A stretch of 64,000 nt of DNA from contig CAVSHO010000014.1 in NCBI GenBank assembly GCA_963727825.1, forward strand, positions 32,001 through 96,000, written 5' to 3'. The notes under the pieces were generated by a model. It worked only from the letters and a program-made list of their open reading frames with translations, made no database searches and was not told the origin of the DNA. Shown here in pieces: positions 56,373 to 64,000 of the stretch. The translations under genes and the position numbers were made by a program. Origin of the DNA: Ignavibacteriota bacterium (GTDB lineage Bacteria > Bacteroidota > Ignavibacteria > UBA10030). Position 1 is the stretch's first letter; each line of letters opens with the position of its first letter.

Positions 56373-58064
56373 TTATAGTAACAACTTTTGTATTTCTGAA
56401 AGAGCATCTTCAAGCTTCACAAGAATCCGTTCACCTGTTCTTCTGCGCTTGATTTCAATCTGACCATTTTTTAATCCTTTATCGCCTACAATTACTTGAA
56501 ACGGCATGCCGAGCAAATCTGCATCTTTGAATTTAAATCCTGGAGTAATGTTTGCCCTGTCGTCAAAGAGTGTATCAACGCCAAGTTTATTAAGCTGGGT
56601 GTAAATTCGATCCGCAGCAACCACAACATCTTTGCTATTCATATTAACAGCAATCAGATGGATTTGGTATGGTGCCAGGGCTTTGTTCCAGATGATACCA
56701 TCTTTGTCATGATTCTGTTCAATATAGCAAGCCACGATACGTTCCATACCGATTCCGTAGCTGCCCATAATCACTGGCTGGGCTTTGCCGCTTTCATCAA
56801 GATAGGTGATGTTGAGTGCATCGGAGTATTTTGTACCAAGCTTGAAGATATGTCCAAGCTCAATAGCGTTGGATATCTTTAACGGTGCCAAGCATTTGGG
56901 GCAAGGTTCACCAGCCTCAATTGATCGCAAGTCATAGTAACCTTCAATTTTAGCATCGCGAGCTAAATCTATATTCGCGAGATGATAATCATTCCGATTC
57001 GCACCACTTATAAGACCATTCATGCCTTCTAATCGCTTGTCACCAATAATCCTAAATCCTTTTATGTTAACTGGTCCAATAGAGCCGCCGTCTGCACCTG
57101 TAAGCGCCAACAATTCTTCTGCACCAATAGGTGTTGCATCACTACTACCCAATGCAACAGCAAGTTTTGATTCATTGAGTTGGTCATTTCCCAGCATGAG
57201 AATTAGAAGTGGTTTACTATTATGCCTATATACAAGCGATTTTGCGAAGCGGGATTGATCAGTCTTTAGGAACTCTACAAGCTGGTCAATTGTCTTTACA
57301 TTCGGCGTATGAATTTCTTTCAATGGCTCGTTGTTCTCAACTCGATTAACTTTGGGCATGTTGGAAGTCGCTACCTCTAAGTTCGCAGCATACCCGCACT
57401 TTGCGCAAAGAGCTGTAGTGTCTTCTCCGGATTCTGATTCGATCATAAATTCCTGTGAGCCTGTTCCGCCCATTGCACCGCTGGATGCCCCGACGATAAA
57501 GAACTTAATTCCGCACCGTGTAAATATTTTCTTGTATGCTTCAGCTTGTGCATCATAGCTTTTATCCAGATCTTCCCACGAACGATCCAGCGAATACGCA
57601 TCCTTCATAATAAATTGCCGCCCACGGAGAACACCTGAACGAGGTCGCGGTTCATTTCTGAATTTTGTCTGTATCTGGTACCAAATCTGCGGTAAATCTT
57701 TGTACGATTGAATGTGCATGCTTGCAATATAACCGATAACCTCCTCATGCGTTGGCGCAAGTACTAATTCCCGTTCTTTAATGCTGAAAATAAAGTTTGG
57801 TACATTGCGCCTTCCAGATTGAATCCAAAGCGATTCTGGATTTAATGCAGGTAGAAGTAATTCCTGTCCACCGATGGCATTCATTTCCTCTCGAACAATA
57901 TTCATTGCAATAGTGATTGCTCGCAAACCAAGCGGCAAGTAGGAATAAACTCCTGCCGTTAATTGGCGCATCATTCCAGACCTTAGCATCAATTGATGAC
58001 TTGGAATATTTGCATCTGCCGGAATTTCTTTAAGAGTCGGGATAAAAGCTTGACTAAGTTTCAT
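56373..58064 (-). CDS. proS: Proline--tRNA ligase (bacterial type with INS editing domain)
   Basis: SHQLMLR, LAPTHEE, KFRNEPRPRSGVLRGRQF, ELGHIFKLG, MGSYGIG. Confidence 0.97.
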   Translation of the reverse strand: MKLSQAFIPTLKEIPADANIPSHQLMLRSGMMRQLTAGVYSYLPLGLRAITIAMNIVREEMNAIGGQELLLPALNPESLWIQSGRRNVPNFIFSIKERELVLAPTHEEVIGYIASMHIQSYKDLPQIWYQIQTKFRNEPRPRSGVLRGRQFIMKDAYSLDRSWEDLDKSYDAQAEAYKKIFTRCGIKFFIVGASSGAMGGTGSQEFMIESESGEDTTALCAKCGYAANLEVATSNMPKVNRVENNEPLKEIHTPNVKTIDQLVEFLKTDQSRFAKSLVYRHNSKPLLILMLGNDQLNESKLAVALGSSDATPIGAEELLALTGADGGSIGPVNIKGFRIIGDKRLEGMNGLISGANRNDYHLANIDLARDAKIEGYYDLRSIEAGEPCPKCLAPLKISNAIELGHIFKLGTKYSDALNITYLDESGKAQPVIMGSYGIGMERIVACYIEQNHDKDGIIWNKALAPYQIHLIAVNMNSKDVVVAADRIYTQLNKLGVDTLFDDRANITPGFKFKDADLLGMPFQVIVGDKGLKNGQIEIKRRRTGERILVKLEDALSEIQKLLL

Positions 58065-58169
58065 AATGTATTTTTCAAATTTGTTAATTTAGTATTCATA
58101 TTTAATATAGAAAAAGTCAATTCCCTTAAGCACGTAATCACACTTCTACAATCCGAAATTGGCAATTTT

Positions 58170-58490
58170 CTGTACCCCCGAAAGGATTCTCCCGATGCAT
58201 CCTGCATCGGGACGACCAACGGTTTAGTACCAATGTAACAAAAGTTAGCAAACGGATAACAGTTAACTTTTAATTTGCATTGTGAATCCCGCTTTAGCAG
58301 GAGATACTATTCCAAAGAATTACCTGTACCCCCGAGAGGAGTTTTCCGATGCATCCTGCATCGGGACTACCAACGTTTTAGCCCCAATGTAACAAAAGTT
58401 AGCAAACGGATAACAGCTACCTTTTAATTTGCATTGTGAATCCCGCTTTAGCAGGAGATACTATTCCAAATAATTACCTGTACCCCCGAG
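58170..58490 (-). repeat. 154-bp tandem repeat downstream of tRNA-Arg; each unit has a tRNA 3'-half with the T-arm replaced by a palindrome
   Basis: ctgtacccccg recurs at 58170, 58324 and 58478; spacers near-identical; tcccgatgca-tcc-tgcatcggga at 58190-58212 and a variant at 58344-58366. Confidence 0.92.
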
Positions 58491-58554
58491 AGGAGTCGAA
58501 CCTCCGACCAACGGTTTAGGAAACCGCTGCTCTATCCATCTGAGCTACGGGGGC
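58481..58554 (-). tRNA. tRNA-Arg (CCT)
   Basis: GCCCCCG/CGGGGGT acceptor, GCGGT-TTCCTAA-ACCGT anticodon arm, TTCGACT T-loop; CCA not encoded. Confidence 0.96.
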
Positions 58555-58863
58555 GTTGTTTTTATTCCTATGTCGGCAAATTGTCCTTCAACCTCATACA
58601 GATAATGCCTAATTTATTTCATCTTTAACTCATTGAATACAATTGTAGAAGTAAAATACAAAAGATTGTAGAGTGAAGCAATTCAACTGACAATTCAAAA
58701 ACAGCGCTAATTTTTGAATAATAAATATAAGTGAGAATATTTCCTTCTCGGTGCAGCTGTTGAGGTTGGATGAACAAATCTTGTTTAGGTGAACGAATTG
58801 AACTACCGAAGTGACTGCTAATAGCTATTATTTTACTGTCTACTAAATATTTGATGCACAGAT

Positions 58864-59619
58864 TTACCAGCGACTATTCATCTGTTGAAAACTTTTATCC
58901 AATTCTTCTCTAGAAGCTCTGATTGATTTTTCCGTCATTCCATAACCTATTTCAAATACATCATCCTTGAGGTATTTCATTACGGATGCCACAAATTCTT
59001 CAGGCGTTAAATTTGCTTTAAAGTTTCCTCTTTTGGCCCTTCCATCTGGATTTAATTCTGTATCGACTGCGGGTGGAACAACTTCAAATACTTTGATCCC
59101 GAGCTTTAAAAGTTGATGCCTAAGCGCAATAGAAAAAGCGTGCAATCCGGCTTTAGTCGCACTATATACCGGCATTCGGGCGGCTGGTACAAAACCTAAT
59201 CCTGATGAAATATTAATAATTGCAGCTTCTTTCTTTCCGGTTAGATATGGAATAAACATTCCTGACAAGACTATCGGCGCTTCTAAATTGATTTTGATTT
59301 CACTTTCTCCAGCAAGAAATTCATTAATACCTTTAGTAAAATCAATATCTCTTTGCACTCCAGCATTGTTAATGAGAATATTCAAATTGCTGAAGTTGGC
59401 AGTTATCCATTCCACAAGTTCTTCTCGATCCGCTTCTTCAGCTACATCACATACTTTGACATGAAGCTCCCGATGTTTTTTTTGAGCTTCAAGAAGTCTT
59501 TCTTCCCTTCGGCCGCAAATGATGACTTGATTCTTCGCTTCCAGGAAAGCTTCGGCCATTGCATAACCTATTCCTGTTGCCCCACCTGTGATTAGTACGA
59601 TATTTCCTGAAATCTCCAT
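58864..59619 (-). CDS. Short-chain dehydrogenase/reductase (DltE-like)
   Basis: TGGATGIG, INNAG, ISSGL, YSATK, PPAVDT. Confidence 0.93.
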   Translation of the reverse strand: MEISGNIVLITGGATGIGYAMAEAFLEAKNQVIICGRREERLLEAQKKHRELHVKVCDVAEEADREELVEWITANFSNLNILINNAGVQRDIDFTKGINEFLAGESEIKINLEAPIVLSGMFIPYLTGKKEAAIINISSGLGFVPAARMPVYSATKAGLHAFSIALRHQLLKLGIKVFEVVPPAVDTELNPDGRAKRGNFKANLTPEEFVASVMKYLKDDVFEIGYGMTEKSIRASREELDKSFQQMNSRW

Positions 59620-59634
59620 TTGAAATCTCCACTA

Positions 59635-60327
59635 TTATTTTTTAACAGGATATCCAATGGTTTGGCCAAAGAGTACTCGTTGGTTACTATCTAAACTTAA
59701 CTTTTCTGTAAGGCTGGGTTTATTGCAATTATGGAACCATGATGCCAAGCCTTGAGCCGCAGCAAACAAATATACATTGCCTGCAATGAGACCTGTATCG
59801 ACATAGTAATATGATTTTTGAATTTCAGGATCCTGCAATCCGGGTTCTTGAAAACCTGATGTTTTAGAAAGTTTATTTACATCGACGACATAAATAATCT
59901 GAATTGGAGCCTTCGCTATAAAATTCGCTTGACCAGGACCAATTGCCAGTGCACGAAAATCACCGACAACAACTGGAATCAGACTATTCTGAAATGCATT
60001 ATACAAGTAAATTCCCTCCTGCATGGCAATATAAAGATCAATTTCCTGCGAGTTGCTCGCCGATGCAGCGGTTCTTCCAGGAATTCCGAATGGACCTATT
60101 TTACGATTTATACCATATGCTGCCCAGAGGAGATTTGAAAGGTGCTGCAAAGAAAGTTTTTTATCGCTTATATCACGGAGAGTTTTTCTTTGCTGTAATG
60201 CTTTGAACACCGACGAATCACGATCACAGGCGGGCTTCGGCATTTTGATCGTCAGCAGATTCTTTGCAGAATTTTGACGTTCCGGCACAGAAGCAGTCCG
60301 GTTATTTTTCTTTTCTTTCTGAATCAT
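59635..60327 (-). CDS. Nitroreductase / SagB-like family protein
   Basis: ALQQRKTLR, LSNLLWAA.G, RTAASASNSQE, VDTGLIAGNVYLFAAAQGL. Confidence 0.88.
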   Translation of the reverse strand: MIQKEKKNNRTASVPERQNSAKNLLTIKMPKPACDRDSSVFKALQQRKTLRDISDKKLSLQHLSNLLWAAYGINRKIGPFGIPGRTAASASNSQEIDLYIAMQEGIYLYNAFQNSLIPVVVGDFRALAIGPGQANFIAKAPIQIIYVVDVNKLSKTSGFQEPGLQDPEIQKSYYYVDTGLIAGNVYLFAAAQGLASWFHNCNKPSLTEKLSLDSNQRVLFGQTIGYPVKK

Positions 60328-60504
60328 AAAATCCCCTTTTCTTGCTTTGGAATTTTCTTTGAATGCAGTTCCATGGGAGTTCAAGATATCTTTCCCTGAT
60401 GAAAGATCAAGTGCTTATAATTACTGACTGCAGGAATTATCTTAACGTGTAGGTAACTGTATACATGAAATAAATGTAAGAGAACAAACTGTTTCGTTTT
60501 CTTC

Positions 60505-63327
60505 TCAACGCACAGTATAGGTGAATGTGAGTATTAAATATCTCTTCAGGACTTCATTGCTATCGTCTTCGATGTATGAACTTGCAATTGTTCTCGAAAG
60601 GCTTTTGTTTTGCCCGAGGAGATCGGCAACAGACAATTTGATTTCTCCGGCTTGTTTAGCAAAAAGCTTTTTTGCAAGGCTCATATTCCAGAGAATAGAA
60701 TTTTGGTTATACCCGTTGCTTTGACCGTTGTTCAACACATTATTAATTTCATCATGAAAAACTACGCCGTCCCAAAATATCCAGTTGAATCTGAGACCTG
60801 CTGTATGGGAATAATAATTGGAATTCAAGCCAGATTGAAGAGTATTTCGGCTGACCGAATAGTTTCCAAGATAACTGAGTGTAAAGTCTAAATTCGGGCT
60901 AATATTGCTGCCGAGGACGCACCCCGCCGTAGAGGTGAGCGCATGGGCAATATTCATGGCATAGTTGACCGCGCCGGGAGTTTGCGTATAACTGACACCG
61001 CCACTCAGATTGACATTGGTTTTGATGAGATCGATAGGAAATCCGTATGTTGTGAACGAACGTACCGACCAGTATCCGTCGAAGTTTTGGGGTATCGTGA
61101 GTTGTGTGCCGGGAGATACTTTCGTTCCATCGACAACAGTGTCCCGACTCGGCGCAAATACTTCGTTGCCGATATAATCATTTGTAAATGTTGCAGAGAG
61201 CAGAAAGAAAAAGCTTCGTCCCTCTTCAGGTGTTGTCATCGAAAAACGGGAGAGCAAGGTTTGCGTGTAAGATTGTTTCAAATTTGAGTTTCCGGCAGTA
61301 AGGAGTAGTGGATTTGAATTGTTCACTACATCCTGTAATTGCGTCACTGCAGGCGCGCGGGTCGATGTCTGATAATAGATTCGAACGTTTTCATGGTTGG
61401 GTAACTTCCAATTGAACATTACATCGGGCAAAATGCTTGTAAATATTTTCCTGGTGGATGCCGAGTACGGAAAAGTCTGTTCATTAGAAAGATATGCTTG
61501 CTGCCCTTCGATGTGCATGTTAAAATTTATAGTTGAGTCATTATAACGATAACCAAAGCCTCCAGCTTGAGTCGAATATCGTGTTCCGTATGTGTTGGAA
61601 AGGGAAGGTTGAAAATTAGAATATTGCTGGGTAAGTGAATCGAATTCGTACGTGCGTGTGTCCGCTGTTCCGTGGGAAAAAGTGGGTTGATAGTTGATTT
61701 CTAAAAGATGATTGCCGCCAAGTGGTTCTGTATATATGAGGCTTGGCGCAAGAGAGATATTACTAGCCGTGCCATCCGAATATTGAATGACCGGAGCAAT
61801 CGAGTCTGGCGTTCCTGACATACTACTGCTCAATGCATTAAGATTAGTCGAACTTTCCTTGTAACTTTCGCCGAATCCGATATCAAGAGAGATCGTTCGT
61901 CCCGGGGTATCAAATCTATGCCGCAGAGTAAGGTGACCCGCAAGATTATTTCCGGTTGTTATCGTTTGGTTTTGTGTCTGCGTCTGCGAAACGGGAGTTC
62001 CGTCCGCAAGACTGTTTATAGCAATTTGATTATTCGAAGCATGATTATCCTGATAAGCAAATTGTGGAGTGAATGTAATACTGTTTGCTCGATCGATTGC
62101 ATAATCCCACCGTGCACTAAATCTGTGATTATAATTAATGCCATTGATGTCCGATTGTTGATCGTACAAAGAGCTAGAGTCGCTGGAATACAAGTATTGG
62201 CGGTTGATATCTTGATTATTTTGATTCTTGGTCTCATTGAAAAAATAATTCATCTGAAGAAACATTCCGTGCGAGATCGAATCTGAATAATTTGCTCCGA
62301 GGAAACTGGTCGTATTGATACCCTGTTGCATGCCAATGATTGACGCACCCGTTCTTGCTGAGCCACCTGGGGTGAAGATACCTCCACGCGGAGCAGTTCC
62401 GCTGGCATTCCTCGGCCCTCTTCTGCCTCCTCCCATTCCATAATTACGTGACTGGCCTGTCCCCGACATTATGCCGAAGAGATCCTGCATCGAAAATGCT
62501 TGCGTGTTGGTATTATTTGATGAAGCGAGAATTGTGAACCGTTGATTGCCGTTAAAAATATTGAAACTGCCATTCGATTCATATCGTTCGTCGTCGCCGT
62601 ACCCTGCAGCAAATTTTCCAAAATTGGATTGCGCCGTACGTGTTCGAGTAATTACGTTCATTGTCTTGATATATTGCCCGTCGTCGAACCCCGTGAACTG
62701 AGCCTGGTCACTCATTTGATCGAACACCTGTATCTTTTCAACGATCTCCGCCGGGAGATTACGAATTGCGAGTGTCGGATCGTCTCCGAAAAACGGTTTT
62801 CCGTCAATTAAAACTCGCTGCACAGTTTCACCATTCGTTTGCACGGTTCCTGTATTATCGACCGTAATACCAGGCATCTTGGTAACCAGTTCCTCGATTG
62901 TCGCATCTGGATGTGTTTTAAATGCATTAGCATTGAATTCCGTTGTATCACCATTTTGAGCCGCAAGTGGAACTCTTCCCTCGATTGTAACAGCATTGAG
63001 GTTAATCGTTGTTTCGGCCATATTTATTGTGCCTAGATCAATATCTTTTCCGACTGCTCGAATAACACGAATGATTTTTTTATAGCCAATTGTAATTGCT
63101 TCGAACCGATACGTCCCTTTCCAATTACCGTGGAAGCGAAATCCTCCATGTGCATCGGTCGGCTGCACAAAAAAATGTGTCGTATCAGGTAGGCTGTAAA
63201 GCCAAACGGGATTGCCACTCGAAGGTGCGCCATTGGGAAAGTGTATAATTCCATAAATATCGGATTCCTGAGCCACAGCGGATGCCATGCCTAAGAAAAG
63301 AAAAAGCAGCAACAGATATAATTTCAT
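60505..63327 (-). CDS. Outer-membrane beta-barrel / TonB-dependent-like protein with carboxypeptidase-regulatory N-domain
   Basis: Signal peptide; GDTTEFNA.AF, KMPGI, IDGKPFFGDDP..A..NLPA, GFDDG, C-terminal RYLILTFTY. Confidence 0.85.
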   Translation of the reverse strand: MKLYLLLLFLFLGMASAVAQESDIYGIIHFPNGAPSSGNPVWLYSLPDTTHFFVQPTDAHGGFRFHGNWKGTYRFEAITIGYKKIIRVIRAVGKDIDLGTINMAETTINLNAVTIEGRVPLAAQNGDTTEFNANAFKTHPDATIEELVTKMPGITVDNTGTVQTNGETVQRVLIDGKPFFGDDPTLAIRNLPAEIVEKIQVFDQMSDQAQFTGFDDGQYIKTMNVITRTRTAQSNFGKFAAGYGDDERYESNGSFNIFNGNQRFTILASSNNTNTQAFSMQDLFGIMSGTGQSRNYGMGGGRRGPRNASGTAPRGGIFTPGGSARTGASIIGMQQGINTTSFLGANYSDSISHGMFLQMNYFFNETKNQNNQDINRQYLYSSDSSSLYDQQSDINGINYNHRFSARWDYAIDRANSITFTPQFAYQDNHASNNQIAINSLADGTPVSQTQTQNQTITTGNNLAGHLTLRHRFDTPGRTISLDIGFGESYKESSTNLNALSSSMSGTPDSIAPVIQYSDGTASNISLAPSLIYTEPLGGNHLLEINYQPTFSHGTADTRTYEFDSLTQQYSNFQPSLSNTYGTRYSTQAGGFGYRYNDSTINFNMHIEGQQAYLSNEQTFPYSASTRKIFTSILPDVMFNWKLPNHENVRIYYQTSTRAPAVTQLQDVVNNSNPLLLTAGNSNLKQSYTQTLLSRFSMTTPEEGRSFFFLLSATFTNDYIGNEVFAPSRDTVVDGTKVSPGTQLTIPQNFDGYWSVRSFTTYGFPIDLIKTNVNLSGGVSYTQTPGAVNYAMNIAHALTSTAGCVLGSNISPNLDFTLSYLGNYSVSRNTLQSGLNSNYYSHTAGLRFNWIFWDGVVFHDEINNVLNNGQSNGYNQNSILWNMSLAKKLFAKQAGEIKLSVADLLGQNKSLSRTIASSYIEDDSNEVLKRYLILTFTYTVR

Positions 63328-63557
63328 TTGATAGATCATTATATTTTACCTGAAAGACTTCCCTTTAACGAAAATTTGAATCGATTGAAATAGAAAATCA
63401 TTTTTGAAAGCACACTTAATAAACGAAGCTTTCGAGACATTGTTTCTGAAATATGAAAATCCGGGATGTAGACAGATTCATATCCATCTGCATAACAGGC
63501 TAACGAGATGCGATAAATGTATTCGATGATCAGGGATTATGTTCAACGGTTAATTTT

Positions 63558-64000
63558 TTATTGCGCGAGGTGGATACGAAGACTGAGAGAAATTGGTTTA
63601 TGCGTAGCTCCTTGGCTGCTACTTCGTTCCCCATAATTTCCTCGCCCGCTACCGGTGTAATCACTACCTTGTGTTCCTTCATTACCGGATATACCACTTC
63701 CTCCTGGTGGCGTTCCAGCATTGGGTGTGCTACCGCCGCCATGCCTTCGTCTTCCACCACCGCCCATACTCCCATCTTGATGTTTGCTGTCTGAAGGCTT
63801 TTCGATCTTCCCAGATTCGATATTCATACTCAAGGTATTATCAATTCCAGCTCCAAAGGGTTCTTGCTTTGCTTTACGCGGAATTTTTAGTTCAAGAACA
63901 GCAAATCCGGACGAATCACGAAATGCAGCAGCGATGCCATAATCGTTTTCGGATGTTAGTGTTGAACTTTGGGTTATTGCATCTTTTTCAGGTCCCAATA
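63558..64000 (-). CDS. Hypothetical protein with Gly-rich region (3' part; begins beyond the window)
   Basis: Open frame to the window edge; LELKIP motif and GMGGGGRR tract. Confidence 0.65.
   Translation of the reverse strand, partial: LGPEKDAITQSSTLTSENDYGIAAAFRDSSGFAVLELKIPRKAKQEPFGAGIDNTLSMNIESGKIEKPSDSKHQDGSMGGGGRRRHGGGSTPNAGTPPGGSGISGNEGTQGSDYTGSGRGNYGERSSSQGATHKPISLSLRIHLAQ

Noticed and set aside
58170-58490. Palindrome-containing periodic repeat considered as a CRISPR array
   Set aside because: Spacers are near-identical rather than unique, the period is 154 bp, the repeat is tRNA-derived, and no cas genes are present
58170-58554. Prophage or island integrated at tRNA-Arg
   Set aside because: No integrase or cargo between the tRNA and its 3' copies; the spacer itself is duplicated
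58700-60500. Integron-like cassettes around the SDR and nitroreductase genes
   Set aside because: No paired RYYYAAC/GTTRRRY attC structure that I could fold, and no integrase

Overview
Bacterial chromosome segment, most likely from an Ignavibacteria-like (Bacteroidota/Chlorobi-related) organism; this is inferred from gene content, not searched. Almost all genes are on the minus strand. The right half is core genome: aroA, pnp, rpsO, ribF, truB, rbfA, infB, nusA, rimP, ltaE, lnt, ispF, lolCDE-type genes, prfB, aspS, trxA, dnaE, proS and tRNA-Leu(GAG), -Lys(TTT) and -Arg(CCT). pnp and infB each carry a single frameshift, and prfB has the classic programmed +1 site. The left half is more accessory: an ABC exporter, a GH3 glucosidase, a fused Type IIG restriction-modification enzyme next to a REP-associated tyrosine transposase (RAYT), a metal-uptake operon headed by a DUF2946-like leader ending in HAPP, tnaA, and cdd-tdk-PNP-bshC. 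The most striking signal is a layered set of small palindromic elements. A 24-25 nt YTTR-footed hairpin is seen inserted cleanly into the loops of a larger REP element, with filled and empty copies both in this window. MITE-like shells carry interchangeable REP doublets, REPs are read in-frame inside the R-M enzyme and the RAYT, and a 154-bp tRNA-Arg-derived tandem array has its T-arm replaced by a palindrome. A 1.7-kb REP-bracketed cargo at the bshC/aroA junction contains a decayed gene preceded by an archaeal-style BRE-TATA promoter. No CRISPR array, rRNA or integrase was seen.
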